The notes: generated from the letters alone by a model not told the origin. Counted from the first letter of the stretch, positions 27,601 to 42,536 are shown. The stretch is 64,000 nucleotides of DNA from Phallusia mammillata (GCA_965637545.1 OZ281498.1:17794001-17858000); one strand, 5' to 3'. Made by a program: numbers and translations.

Positions 27601-30600
27601 AAACATCCAACTGGGTAAAATATTGCTACGAATGTTAAAACAATCTTGTGGTAAAACAGAAGTTGGTTTGCGAATCATCGAATTTCGTGCATTGCTCTGT
27701 ACTTAAGGTTTTGTAACTATTCCAAAGGCTTACATTACGCCACATGGCATCCAAATGACTTCGGCATTAAAGTCGTGCACTTGTGACCTGAATCCATGAT
27801 CATTTGTCAGAAGCCATCACGTTCTGTCAAGTCGAGGAAGAACCGATTGCATGTTGCCTAATGATCGGTTCATCCGGTATCGTTTCCTTCGCGTGACACG
27901 AACCACGTTGTCATTTCATGCTCCGACAAAGGCCATGTTCTCGAGTTATTAATGCATTTCTGCTGTTGTTGGCAGCCGCACAGACATGGTTCTTTTTAAA
28001 TTTGGTGTGTTCCAGTTAAAGTGAACAGATTTGCAACAAAGGCGTCTTCGTTTCTCGGTAAAATGATTTCTCGATTTCACTGCCATTAAAATGTAATATT
28101 GTGTTTCTTTTTATTTAACTTGTATGCTGGTTATATACAAGGTTTTCAACTTTTTACTGTAACATACAAAATAACAGGATTCAATAGGTCCTTTTCATTA
28201 TATCTTATAACTTTCATGGAGTTTTTGTTTCCTTGATATTTGCCTATTACTTAGTACGTTTAGGCAGTTCTTGATGTAATATAGTGGTACCTAACGTTTT
28301 TATAACTAACTGTTCAGACCCAACTACTGCTATAGGGCTAAAAATAGACGAAAGCGAACGTTTTTGCGTAAAAAAATCACCAAAATGATTATACAAAAAC
28401 AATGTTTATTACGTCCATAGTTTTATACCGTATATGTTTAGCCTTAACTAATTAACCTCCTGCTGCTTTTTATGACCCACACGTGGAATGTTGTTTAACC
28501 AATCCGTTATACTGATGAGTTATGCGCTTTTCACAAAAATAGTTCTTGCTCATTATTGTGCAGTCAATTTATCATATGGTTAGAGGTCCAGGTGTTATAT
28601 GGAATCAAGTTGGATATTGCAAAAAAATACAATTTTACATTAGACTTAGTTTTTAGGTTTACATAACTTTCATTTTCTTGTATTGTGTAAACTGAGTTGC
28701 TTTTATCTCTGCTTCTGACGTCAGGTTACCAGTCCAGACGTGTACCATCAATGATGGACATGACAAAGTGACCTGTAATCTTTCACGAAGATCCCCTAAC
28801 AGAGTGGACGTTACGCAATTCTCCCATGTCGCAAAGCTCTAAAAAATCCTTTAGCGGAACAAAAAACGTGCTCGCCTTTTGAGGAACGAAGCCTTATGAT
28901 AAGATAGCGTTTCACAAGATATGACAATAATCCTATTGAAAACATAGTTTGCTTCTGTGATCTTTTGATGGTTCCTTATTTTAGGTATATTTGTACATTA
29001 CTTTGTGGTTTGGGTATTTTGAACTGCATTGTCATGTGGTAAATTTGACGCAGGGGATTTTTGCTGGGAAGCTTACGGTAAAATTGCTTCCTGTGCTGTG
29101 ATGGGATTATTATTTTCCGTTTAGACGTGACCTTTGGAAGCTGAAATTAGTTTACTCCGGTTGCCTTACATAACATGCATTTGTAAAGTACAAGTCTGGC
29201 GACACTGCTTTAACATAGCAAATGCTTAGTTAACTGGAGGAGGAAAATGGACAGAGGCCACCGACTTTTGTTGGTTATTTCTTTTTCATTATTTATGGCG
29301 TGTCACAACTGTCTTTCAAATGCTAGTAGTATTTCTTCTGTTTGTTTTCTTAGTAGTATTTTCTTCTGTGAGTTTGAACCGGTTTACACTACCCAAAAAA
29401 CAAACAACCTTTTTTGTAAACCGTTGGACAACTATTGAAAAACATGGCCATAGCATTACATAGTAACTTAACTAAGAACAAAATTTCCATTCAAGTTGCA
29501 TAAATCGTATTCATTTTACTATTTAGACGTATTGACAAAGCTATTGTCAATTTAAGTGGCAAATTGTGTATTCTATTTTAACACAGTAAAATTTGACTAT
29601 TTCGTTGTATATTGAAATCTGATGCGCCGGCCAAGTCTTACCTCCTTCTTACAACGTTCCCGCATAATACGACTCCGCCCAAAATAAAACCACTTGTAAT
29701 TTGCAAACACAAATCACGTATAGACACCACGCGCACTTCATTAAACCGCCCACATTAAGCCAAACCAAACATACCATTTCTTACTTAATGCAAATGACTA
29801 TAGGAGAAGGTCCACTCTTCAGCCAAGCGCCTTTTGTGGCTGAGACAACATTTGGTTTTTGAGTAGCCCTTAAAATTCAATTCGCGTGTATTGATTTTGG
29901 TTAAAATGGCCCTTTGGTGTGGAGAAACAAGCCTTGTGGTGAAAATCTGAACCCAAATTTCAATGCTTTGACACTGGTGTTGTAGCGTTTATTTGCCGCT
30001 GACTCAATATCGACCGTAGGAAAATAAGCTTACCAGGCTTTTTTACATTGAGAATGGCAAACCTTTGGGGGGCTGGCACTCGGTACTTTGGAAAACTGCT
30101 TTGTAATTGGAGAATTGTTGATTTGATTTATAGAGTGGCCCAGATTGAACTGATCTGACTTTTGTTGATATGTTGTAATCGTGAATCATTTTTTCGTACT
30201 ATAGATATTCATTGTTTGACTGCAAATGTGCGAAGTATTGCAAATGGGTAACAATAATTTATTGAAGGTTCTTACTGTTTAGGTGCCACATAAAAATTAC
30301 TGTAGTCGCAAACTATTTTTTAAAAGACGCAAGAACTTTTTCAGTCGCAAAACTATATATTCCGACGACTTCGCCTTCTATAATTAAGCACAAGCTTTCA
30401 TTTGGAAAAATACTGCGTTACGTACGTGCGATATTTGACCGATAAAAACCTTTTTACAATCCGAAGTGTACAGTATTAGTTTAGCTTTTAGCACATTAAA
30501 GTGGCATGTGTGCACCACATTGCGTGAAATGCAATTTTGACGGTCATTAATAGGCCTTTAGAGGTATTGCGGCCTTACAATGCATGGAACATTCTCTTAT

Positions 30601-30636
30601 GTGTTATTTTCCAATTTTGTAGATCAATACTTGTTT

Positions 30637-30953
30637 AAATTAGTCTTTTAGTTTGTACCTACAACATTTGGAAAGTAATTGCCTCATGCAATCAACAAAC
30701 AGAACGGGTGTAAAACACTAAAAAAAGCTTAATTTGGTTCATTTGTCATATTAGGCCTAAACATATGACAGCAAACATATGTATTATTAGGGTTCAAATT
30801 AGTCGTTTAGTTTTTACCTACAACAATTGGAAAGTAATTGCCTCATGCAATTAACAAACAGAACGGGTGTGAAAAAGTCAAAAAATATCTTAATTTGGTT
30901 CATTTGTGTCATATTAGCCTTAAAAATATGACAGCAACCATATGTATTATTAG
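30637..30953. repeat. Tandem duplication, two ~160-bp copies
   Basis: AAATTAGTC...ACCTACAACA..TTGGAAAGTAATTGCCTCATGCAAT.AACAAACAGAACGGGTGT...TATGTATTATTAG occurs at 30637 and 30796. Confidence 0.9.
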
Positions 30954-33900
30954 TGGAATTTTAAAATATTCAAAACAACGTGTTTAAAATGCATTTCTCA
31001 GGTTGAGGAATTGCTGTAGATGTAGTAAAAAACATTTTAAAAACATTTTCAGACAGCAAAAAATGTGTGTTTACGAAAGCTTGGAAGTGTTTTAAGATTA
31101 AAGCTTCACGTAATCTTGACCGAGAACTTCTTATGATAGTGTTCCCTTCCCTTTGTAAACAATAGTACACCGTATCTTATCCAGTTTGCGCTTCCGCCTA
31201 TTTCAATAGCAAATGCGTTGTGTTTGTTTAAAAATCTTCAACTTAATGTCTTTGCTGTGGAAATTAAATTCTGTTCATCTTCAATGATCTGATCCTATCG
31301 GATAAAATAAAAAGCAAACAAACACGTTCATGCATTTAGGCAAACAAAGTCCGAAAACGGTCTCTGGTGTTATAATAATAAATCGTGTCGTTTCTTGGGA
31401 CCCCGAAATCAACGATACGAGTCCATTACCCGGGGTTGATGCGATAAACGTGCAGCACTACGACCAAATTCTTCCTTTTTGTGTGGCTGAATCAAGATTA
31501 TCTAGTCACGCGTATGAATAGACATGACGTACAGTTTAAGGAACTATGTGCTATTATAAAAGAGTGTTAAGCCTTTAAAAATAATGAACAATTTTTGTTT
31601 AGAATGTAGTGCGTTTTATGGTAATTGCCACATCTAACTGCAAAATACAACCGCTTATAAGTGCGGCCAAAGGGATGAGCCGTTTATAGCTCATACATAT
31701 TTAGTTTTCTATTTCGAAGACGAGTTACCATTTTTAGGAAGACTCGTCTAATCTTGTATTGGGAGTACGGTATTATTTATTGACCAAGTCAAGCACTATC
31801 CTTTGGCTTTATCAGTTCATCGAATATAGCTGATGAACAAGCCACTATTCTCTGGGAATACGTCATTTTACGATAAAACAAGAACAGTTTAGCCGCTACG
31901 ACCTTGTTCAAGTCGCCAGCATTTCCATTACCAAGGTTCATTGCGTGTGAAAAAAACTCAGTCGAGGCAGGCAGACAAAACAAAACTCGCCCCCACGCCA
32001 CACAAGGTCATGGCACGACATCAAAATTATTTCCTTCGACTTTCTCCCGGGCCAATAAATGCCTTGACGGGAGGTTGATATTTCCGTAGCTCTGCTTGCC
32101 TCTAGCAATCACTATTTCCCATAAACAAGCCTTTTCTGGCCAAGAACCGTTTGTTCCGGCGACTTGACCTCGGTGAAAGGGTAAAAAATTGTAAGTTGTT
32201 CAAAAATTGATTGAGGTATCGCAAAGTCGTTAAAGGCAATAGGAAATAATTTCTGGCGCCGTGAAGGGTTGTGAGATCTTTCGTTGACAGTGATATGGTC
32301 GGGAGAAACTTGATTGGTTTCCTGATGGTTGAATGACCTACCTTTTTGGCAGTGTTGCAAAATCGATATTTTGCCTTTGTCACTCGGCATATGCGCCTGT
32401 TGAGAAACTCCTATTTCACGCCGTCGCTAGTTTCAAGTCCATCCCATCGATCACTATTAAAACCATCGCCTCTTCTCTCCATATGTGCACATGGGTAATC
32501 TGCCCACGCACCTGTAATCCCACAAGCACAAAAGCGCGCCGAAAACGCAGTCGGTCTCCTGGTCTAGACGTTGAAAATCCAGCAGAAGCTCCAGTCATTT
32601 GTCTCCCGGCGGGCCCGCAAACCCAATAGGAGTGAGTTTCTATATTTAGACGCTGTGTATTTTGTTTGATGTTAAGATCGAAACGAGCCATTCATGTCGG
32701 AGAAATGGAACCTAGAATCAATGCACTTTATTGACATTGCCACCACCAACATGTTATTTATCTGCGTTTTTCTTCTTTTTCTGTCGCTCAGGAAAAACCG
32801 TCGCGACCGCTCTTAAAGCTTGGTTGGAGATTTTGTCGGTTTTCAGGCCGTAAGTGATCGAGTCATATAGTTTTGGTATACCTAGGCGTTTTGCTATATG
32901 AATTGCAATTCTTTGCAAGTTCTGTTCGGAACCGTGTAGGTTGTTGGTTCGACTCCCACCGAGGACGTTGTGAAAACTGGTGATCCCTTTGTTAAATAAA
33001 ACATGAAGCAACTGGTCCGTTCTCGTTATGTCATGACAAAATCTTTATAGACAACAATACAAACACTAAATCTTTGTAAAATGCGAAAAACCGGTCATTC
33101 AAAGATTTGCAGTATCACCCTTGCTATTAAAGTGTGTTTTGAATAAACTCCTGACGATGTTGTTAGTCTACACTTTTTGTAAGGACCAAAAACAACAACG
33201 ACAACAAAACTACGCCACATTCCGATGTGTGAAATAACTCGGTCTAAACGCAATGACTGGCAACTTTGTATCAGCGGCACATTACACTGCAGACAAGCAG
33301 ATGATTCGCCCAAGCACTCCGCCTCATTAACCACGGTGGCCAGCTACTTGAGAGTGTTGCCTTGCTGGCGGCACAGTGATAGATTGCAAACGTTGTAGAT
33401 GGCTGTGTGATGCTCAATCAGCCATATTTGGCGACTGCCTCGGTCGACCTGGAATGTCCTCCTTTGTGTTGTTTACCGCGCTTGAAATGCTGGTTTGTTG
33501 TGATTGTTTATTGTCGTTGCCCTATCTCTGACGCTGGTCGATGGGTTAGGGCGTAAACAAATATATCTCTGGGAACAATAGCGCTTTTTACGCACATTTG
33601 GGCGCAAATACTGCAGAAAAATTGATGACCCATTTCTTTTTCTATGTTTGAATTTTTTGTTGCCTAAATATGCGAGGAAGTATCTCCGTTCTGCTTCTCC
33701 TGTCAGTAAGGTAAATTAGGATGAAATGCGCGCTCAACTGATGAAGCAAGTTTCCGTATCCTATAGCGACGTGGTATAAGTTGTACACAGAGCAATTTTC
33801 TGCGTGGTGTAACTGCTTTTTTTCGCAACTTTTCACATATCTCAATGTTTTCAACATAAAAAGATTTGTGTTTGAGTCACAGTTTAGTGATGAAAACTTG

Positions 33901-35756
33901 CATTTGTAGTTGCAACTTTTAATGAGGTAATGCAAACAGAAATCTAAAATAATAGTGGCAGCTCAAATTACACACTTTTGCTCTTTTTGGACGCCACCGC
34001 TTATGTGATGCTGACTTGGCATTTCTCACAATCTTTAAATTTCCAGACACTTGTTTATTGGTGTAAATAAATAAAATCTATCTAAAAAGCAGATATTTTA
34101 ATGTTCAACATGTTGACACAGCGATTTTTATCCTTGTTCCTGAGACTTAACGGCGCTTCGCAGTGATTTGATATGTCAACAACCGACATAGACAACATAC
34201 GAGTTTGATGGAGTGTTTATTCTCCGAATTTCTCTTTCTTCGTATTCGAATGGAAGCAAAACAATGTGGACGTGAGGCAGTGAAGCTATAGCTTGTCATT
34301 TATCTTACGGAAGTTGCCCCCGCCACACAAACACGTACCTTTCTCAACACTTAGGAAACAAACAATTTCCTTTTTAAGGGCATTAAAAACTGAGGTACGT
34401 GCACTAGAAACAGAAATGCCCTGGTTAGGTTTTCGATGCAACCAGAAAACAATTACAAGTTCATGTTATCATGTGTATGGATGATATCGAAAGAAATACC
34501 CTATGTCAGTTTCAATGCCGATTAGCAGGTGAATGGATTTATATCGTAAAATGTAACTTAAAGCGATTTCATTTCCAAATATAGGCCAAGGTGTTTTACA
34601 GACTGAGGTGTTTTAATTCCAAATTTCCAATAGCAAACGGTTTTCTGTATCACCGCTATTCATTATTTCCCACTCCCAAAAGTATTAGAATAGACAATGT
34701 CGTCTTTTGATGGAAGAAGAAAGGCAATATTTGTGTTTGATGATTATCCATTGTTGTTGTTACTTCCGTTACTCTGCAACTCAAAAGGTCGGCGGTCTTG
34801 AGCAAAGGCACCTGTTTTGTCGGGGCTCGTTTCTCCCATACGATCGCCACTTGGCCGCCGTATTATCTCCGCACCGTACACGTAAACACAAAAACACGCA
34901 AAAACCTTTTATTTTCCACTGTCTGTTTTTCTTTCACCTTTCCAGTCTTGTTCTTTTCATGCCCTGCTCGTCACAGAAGCTTTTGAAGATGTCAAAAGGG
35001 AGAACAAAAACTATAAGTCGGCGCATGGTACTGACGACAAAGTTTGCCTACGTCATAGCGACTTATGACGCACATGTCGCGTGCTGAGCTTGGATAGGTG
35101 CCAACTGATTAGAAGCCAATCAATCATGTCAATTAGGCAGGAATTTTCTCATACATTGTCGACAACCTGGTGTGAACCGGGCAAATATTTTCGTGGTTCT
35201 TATCTGGTACGTAGATGCGGTTCTTCTTGATAAACGAAAATGGATTTGTTTGTTGCGATACAAATCTGGCCAAAGCCTGCTTCCTTTTCTGGTTATGTTT
35301 CTATAAGACCTCACGAGCGGTATGGAGTGACATACCTCAGAAATGAATTGCACATTTTATCTTGTTTTTGATGAAAAAATGGAGCCAGTCATATTTACAA
35401 AAAACTTTATCAAACTTTGTTTCGCAATAAATATATTTCTGCAAAAATGCTGTTTTATTCCTTTTTTCCTGCTTTTGGGGACTTTTATGATGCCGTTTTG
35501 CAAAAAGGCAATACTGTGGTAAATTTCAACTGGTAAAATGGGTTCTTTTAAGAAGCGAAAACAAAATAAGGCTACAAAATCGACAGAAATACTTCTACCA
35601 GAATGTGCACAATGGCTAACAAATTGAAAAATCGTTGTAAAACGAACTCATTTTGTTTTTGGGAGTTTCTGAAAATACGCGAGTATAGATGACTGTTAAA
35701 TTTGTGGTCAATTTCCTTCAAAACAACCTAGTGTTTGGCGCCAATCTGGTCAAAAC

Positions 35757-35835
35757 GCCCAGGGTGGTTTTGGCTGTGGCGAGAATCGAAACCGCGACCT
35801 ACACTGTAACAGGAGCCTCCAACGATCTTCTAGGA
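35757..35835 (-). repeat. Possible tRNA-derived SINE remnant
   Basis: The minus strand has AGGTCGCGGTTTCGATTCTCG (B-box-like) preceded by a degenerate A-box region. Confidence 0.3.
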
Positions 35836-38387
35836 ATTCGTTTTCAGTGCACTGGCGTTACATAGAAGCCACTGAAAAACAAGTTTACCAACTGGCTTCG
35901 TATACCTTGACAATGGAGAAGCAGACCTCACAGGTTTGATGACATCAATTGTTGTATGACGTCACATGTTTGATGACGTCAAATGTTTTATGACCTGATC
36001 GATTGGAAATAAGTTTCCAAGTGACTAGTGCAGTTCAGCTATTATGCTACGATTCGAAAAACTTTCTTATTCATGCTACCTATTTTCAATGCACTTCTTA
36101 TTGATAAAGCATTGGTTGTGGAACAGTTACTAGAATTGTTTGTGTGAAAAACAAATCTACTATACACGTACGCAAGCGCATATGTTTGGAAATATCACTG
36201 TGGGAGCAACCTGTGTTGTTTTCCGTTTAACTCTGACTCTGACTTACGCGTCTGCAATTCAAAACAGCCGCAAAGCGTAAGGTCAACCCGTCATTTCCAC
36301 CACTGAGAAAGTTATACCTCTCATCATTACGCAGTAAAACTACGTAATATGAACTTCAAAAAAATATTTTTGAGAGGTTGTTAACCCGCTGCACGTACCA
36401 CTGTTTTTAACTGCAATTTCACGTGCTGCCACTTTGCTATTGAATATGAGACGCGATAAAGAGTGCGGTTGGTCTTCACGCATTTCCGCATTCCACTACG
36501 TGATATTTTCCTGTCTGCCTCTTCACAACAACCACGTGTCGTGATTTGAGGACTTTGACCCTGTCAGTGGCATGTCGCGTTATATAATGACACGTTTTCC
36601 CTGGGGATATGTTTGTGTCTCATGGTATTAGATTTTTTTTAGTGTTTTTTCAGGCGACGCCTTTCTGGCGTATTCTACTGATCTAGCGATAAATAGAAAA
36701 TAGATTCTACCACTGCTTGGCAACACTTTTGTCACTTGATCGTGTTGGAATTTGGAATAAACCCAGTGTGATTTCCGCTTTTGCAATAAGCGCAAGTTAA
36801 TTAAGTGAGTCTTGGTTCAATTAAAAAAACATAACCAATTGAGCTAAACGAAACATTGGAACTTTGTGACGTCGTACTGTAATTTAGTATTTCTTGACCT
36901 TTTTAGGTCGTGAACTACATTTCTTTTTATCACAACCATTCGTACATTATGTTAAAAAGAACAAGTATTAAAACAGTATGGAGAAACATTTATACCTAGT
37001 TTAGTGGTCCAGGACTTACTTAAACCGTCAAACGAATCAATTAAAATACATTAACAAACTTTATGTCGTGCGCAAAAACTTCCACATTTGAATACTACGA
37101 TATTTTTTCCAACTTCCTCGCGACACCCTGGCATACCACGCGGTCTTCCAGGCTTTGTCACGAGTACGTATGACGTCACAGTCGCCGGTTGTTGCGTCAT
37201 AATCTGTACCGAAGATAGTATTGGCATCTGGGAGGTGTGTAAACACGTTTTATCGCCTTTATGTTTGCCGGCTGTCATCTGACTGGAACTATCGCCCTGT
37301 TTGTATGCTGAGTAACCGATTTTCCGGGAACCGATCATCGACGATTGCGAGTGTTTCTGGATTCTCCGTTGCGGGAAATCACAGCAAATGGGCTGAACAC
37401 ATAGTGGTGAATTCGGGACATTTAACTTTCTCATCAGTTCAAAGCGTGTAGGTTCGAAGTTTTTCGGATAGCTTGAGTGATTTAACCTCTGTGGTCAGTT
37501 TGATTGGCGTTAAACGGTTGTGTGACAAACTGGTAGAGATGAATGGATTTTGTCGCAAAAATACCCAAATATTTAGTTGACTAGGCTTTTTCTTAAAACT
37601 TTGAGAACTCAGATAAATTCTAAAATCTGACCAAGCTGGTTGATACAGCCTTTATCTGAGAAAACCGCCGCCCTATTTCAGTGATACTATAAAACTTTAG
37701 GCGTGCAAAGTGTTATTGACCTTACATAACATTGAAAGTCGCAAAGCAACCTTTGGGAAGAACTGAATCCCTGTTTACCCATTTTTTTACCCATGGTGAC
37801 TTTTTGCGTGTCTGAAGTAATTGCGTATAGAATTTCACCCCCATGTGTTGCCTAAAATACTAAAACTACCTCATAGCGACCTTAACTTCGCCTACAAAAC
37901 TTGTCACACAATAGCGTTGAATTGACACCAACCACAACCACGGAGGTGTGGTTTTTCATGCGTGACGCCTTTGCGGGAAAATCGAGCCTTGCAATTTGCT
38001 GACGAAGCAAACCACGTGGATACCATGGAAACTGTGTCAAATAGATATCTTGTTACACAGATGCTTAAAACCGGATACAGCACCGTTTGGAAAAGCTGGA
38101 ATTTCGTGTGTAGGCGTTTGCGCGTGCAAATAGCGGATGCTAGATTTCGTGCTTGTTGCCTTAGCAACTGCCGCGGGCCCCCGCGTTAGATGAACTCAAC
38201 GCACTTGAACCCGAGATGTCTTCCGTCTTAATCACTCCGGGTTCGTGTGATTAGTGATACTACGAACAAACAGCGCCGACAAGATGTGGTTAAATGGCAT
38301 AATAGGCTTAAATGTTGGGCAATGAAAAACAGGAACAAAAATGCAAAAAGGCCACGTACAATGCATACCAGTTAAAATGTGGATAGG

Positions 38388-38693
38388 CATGGACACCGGA
38401 AAAAATTTTCGCAGAAGGGGCATATTTTGACACATACTTGTGATATTAACTGATAACGTATATATAGGGATAAATTAATCACCGTACAATCAAAACCTGA
38501 AACACTCCGCGAAGAGGTGATGGAAATAACACCAGAAAGTCAAGCATCGTTAGACTCGCTTGTTTAGACATTCACATTCGCTTCTTCACTTCACTTATTG
38601 AACATTCATTAAATTTTTGACAAAATATGTTTATTTTGAGGAAATCCCAAGGGGACAAGTGCAACCTCTTGCTCTTACGTGTCGGCGCCCATG
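38388..38693. mobile_element. Old TIR element (CATGG-type ends)
   Basis: Left CATGGACACCG and right CGGCGCCCATG are imperfect inverted repeats. The flanking 8-mers TGGATAGG/TTGATTTG match 5/8. Confidence 0.35.
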
Positions 38694-39214
38694 TTGATTT
38701 GTCGCTGTTAAGCATTTTATAATTTTGCATTTCTTGTAATTAAACTGAAGTACAACACTTGGTTTCACATTACCACCGTTCTTCGCTTTGATGCGCCTCA
38801 AAAGTTGCGTGCACTTTGAGGTAGCAACAATTACTATGTGTTGACAACCAAATCCCCGCGCTGTAAGGAGAAAATCTCAGTGTTTGCTTTTTGTAACTAC
38901 AGCGAGTTTTTGTATTTGACAATCTCCAGCTGCGTAGTCCCCAAGACCAGCGTAAATTTTTAATGAGCCGCTGCGCCGGTGTTTGGCCCCTGTTTTGTCA
39001 CGTGACTCATTCATTGCTACGTCATATATTGGTGATTAGAATTTATTGTGTCCAGATTAACCCCCTGTGTTGACACGCAATGTGTTTATCTCTGTACACG
39101 TTAGTTAGTTTGCATTGTGACGATTTGCTTACGCACTGCGTTGAAAACAAGAATGTTTGTGTGACCAATGGGTTTGCTATTGATCATCGTACGTTATTCG
39201 GTTAATCTGATGAG

Positions 39215-39611
39215 ACCATGTCAGTAGCTTGTACCCCCTACCCTACTACACTCGTTGTTTGCAAGACGACTGATGATTTGGCCAAATATACACCATTTAA
39301 CACTGGGTGTTGACTGATTCTGATTAGGAAGCTATGTTGCTGCGTCAATTACCCCTACCCAACTACGTCATTGTCTGAATGTTTAGTTGCACAGATGCGT
39401 TATTGCGCAACAGGGATTGAAAGTACGTTGCAAAGCACTGAAAAACGTTACGTGTTGCGCAATAAAGCAACAATACTTCCTAATCAGAATCAGTCTTCCT
39501 AATCAGAACAAAAAGTGTTGAACAATATATATTTGGCCAAATTATGAGTCGTCCTGCAAACAACGAGTATAAAGGTTTAGCAGGGTATAGGCGACAAGCT
39601 ACTGACATGGT
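39215..39611. mobile_element. Foldback or long-TIR MITE-like element (~400 bp)
   Basis: Arms 39215-39341 and 39465-39611 are inverted copies. Outer 18 bp ACCATGTCAGTAGCTTGT is perfect, ACTCGTTGTTTGCA(A/G)GACGACT..ATTTGGCCAAATATA is shared, and 19 bp ACTGATTCTGATTAGGAAG is perfect. TSD not resolved. Confidence 0.8.
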
Positions 39612-41559
39612 TCCATATAAGTTGAAGTGCATTTTTCTTTAAGTTAAAAAAAAGTTTTTTTTAAGTGCGAGTTACAAAAAATGCAAACCATCAACAAAAC
39701 CATTCGCAACTTATATTAATTGTAAAATCATTCGCAAAAAATTTGCCCTTAAAGTAAAAAGTCCCGTAGCTAGTCATAAGTTGTTTCATACAATTCTGAC
39801 TCATTTCCTGGTTTTTCACGCTACGTTACCCACCCGCACCCCCACTCAGACCCCCAAACCCTACCCCTTTGAGAACCGCACCCCTAAATAAACAGTTATT
39901 TACCTAAGAGATTAAAGCAGACCTTTGACAGTTCCCCTCGCTTCGTCAAACGGTATCAAAACACCCAAAAGTGCCCGCGACAGCTGCTATTGGTGCGCAT
40001 TGACGCGTGCAAGATGGTGTGATGCAGCCTTATTCGAGGTCATGACCTTTGAAGTCTTGCTTGCTTAAGTGCTAGTTGGCTGCCAAATCGTGTGGTGGGA
40101 ATGTTTTCGTACGCTTGATTTGCAGAGTGTAAGTGCGCTGCTTTTGAACCATTGTCGCCTTCTCAAGTCTTTTGGTGCTCTCTAATTGCGTGTTTGTACG
40201 CTAAGAACACAAACTCATGGAAAATCGACTGCTAATTGACGAAAAAGACGCTTTGCTTTGGGTTTGGCATGTAAATTATGTAGTTTTTCTTGTTTTTGAA
40301 TTGGTTTCAATTTTGACCTTGTACAGTTGTGAAACATGACCAACTAGATGGGAAATTGTTATAAAAAAATTTAAAAATAGGAGTAAATACGGTGGTTCAC
40401 TGTATATGTTGCTTCAAAAACATTACAAATTATAACACACAAAGTTTTTTTTGTATGGGTCAATTTCTGTGTTGTCTTTCACCCTGTTATTTTGCGTTAT
40501 TCACCATCTAATGTTAACGTACAGACACAATTTTGCATTTGAACTTAGGATAACTTTCACCTAGTTTCGCATAAAAGCCCCGCGCCCTTCATCATACGTT
40601 ATGGTCGACAGCCTTTTTTCATTCATATGCAGCGGTGCGTGTGCTTTGTCTGCTTGCCCAGATTTGGGGATTTTACAGATTAGGACATTTTTTTCTCGGT
40701 CTAATCTTATGCCCTTTTTAAGACTGTGTTGTGTCTGTGACTTGTTTTGAAAAATATTTTTTTTGCAGCTTTTTAAAACTTTACTTGTTTGCTCCCTGAC
40801 AATCTTTAAAGAATAATTGACCGTTAAGTTTATTTCAAATGCTTTGATAGCCTAATTAAATTATATTAGCACCTATGTTTACCCCCAAAGCATGCCAAAT
40901 CGATCCCTAGGGGCAAATTTATGTCAAAAAGTTACCATGTTCCAAATGGATGTAGTGAAAAAAAAAGGCAATGAAGCAACGTTGAACTTTAAACACTTCG
41001 CCACACAGTTGTAGTGGGCATGGAACTGGATCTCGAACCCGTTTTTGCTAAAAAGCCCGAATTTTGCCCTAAAATTAGCAAAACAAAACTGGTGAAAGTT
41101 GTAAAACACAATGCATTAAACGCATCGTTGGAAATAGTAGTACTGGAGCGAAGTAAAGGTGTTATTTTTTGCGATAGTCCATGTAAATTGTGAGATTATC
41201 AATGTAAACATACTACTCAAATCAGAGTAAATGCAACGCCAGACCCGATTCAAACCGTTTTGATCAACATTAACTTTTTCCTGATTCAAAAAGTCAGACC
41301 CGACTTACAACTCTAATTTGACAAGAATTCGTTGCGTAACAAGTTATAGCAGACACAGGCAGACTTGTCAGTCGCAAATCCGCGTGTTATGATTCCAAAA
41401 TCACCTGCGCGACTTGTCATAAAGCCATCAGGTCTTCGACTGTCGCAGCGGAAAAAGGAGAAAACCTCCTTAAAACGCGCTCAGACTCCAAGAATCTATT
41501 AATTCGAGCTCGTCGAAGGCCACCTGCAGGTCATAGTAACAGAATCCAGCCATTTTTCA

Positions 41560-41830
41560 GCAATTCTGTGACTCAAATCGGCCCACGAGCACCTAATCAG
41601 CGTTTGTTATGACATGCTCGCGCTGATTACGCGTATGTTTGTTTCCTTTGCCATTGTGACGTCATAAGGCATTAGTGCGGGCTCCCGAGCTGGCTTGAAG
41701 GGCCGCGCGGCCGCCGGCAATTTACGGAGGTTTATTTTGCTGTTTACTTGTTTGTTGCGGTGCGCATGCGCGTGCAGATTAACCGCGTTTGTGAGAAAAT
41801 GACGGAGCCACCCGGGTTGGACTGTCATTG
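41560..41830. promoter_or_regulatory. CpG-rich promoter-like patch
   Basis: TGACGTCA at 41657, a perfect NRF1-type TGCGCATGCGC at 41761, and GGCCGCGCGGCCGCC. Confidence 0.5.
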
Positions 41831-42536
41831 TTGGCATGAATCAGAATATGTTGTTGCGATGATTTTATGATTGCTTTGAGGTTTTTTATAGGCCGACAAA
41901 TGTTGTCTGAAATTATGGATTGTTTGAGATTTTGTTTGCTTCAACTCTACACGTTGTATTAACCTAACGGAAAAAGGCGAAAGCCTGCGATGAAAAAATG
42001 AGCAGTCACCTGAACAGACATTTGTGTCCATCGTTAATGTTCACTTTGAACTTTTTGTTAAATTACCTTTGCGTAAAGGAAAACCTGCTACATGTAATTT
42101 AAGTTACTTTTAAGTAAAAGAAAACCGATTGCATTAGTATCAATATGTCTCTTGCTATTAACGGTTTGAAAGTTGTGCATTGACAGCGTTGACAACAGTG
42201 GACCGACAGATTAATCTACAAAACCTGATTTTAACGTGATTATATAATAAAGTTCACGACCTAGGAGTTTCATGTTTCGTGATTATACACAAAGCATAAA
42301 AGCAAAACGTACACTTGTCAAACTCAAAATGTTAGCAATCGTGGGCAACTTGGCCATTCTGACAGAGCTAAAGCCACACACAAACACTTTCAGTAATCTA
42401 AGCGTTCGTAGGCAGGCCTCGCGGAAGGTCCGAATATTTTGCCAACAGCAACAACAATATTGCCGCGAATTCCACGGGTTTTGACCTTTCACGTTTACAA
42501 GTCCAAAACTGCCATCAAACTTGACTTTAATCGCCA

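Noticed and set aside
29247-29367. Phase-1 first-exon candidate MDRGHRLLLV...
   Set aside because: The donor's exonic side (TCT|) is weak, and the frame runs through a T-rich internal duplication.
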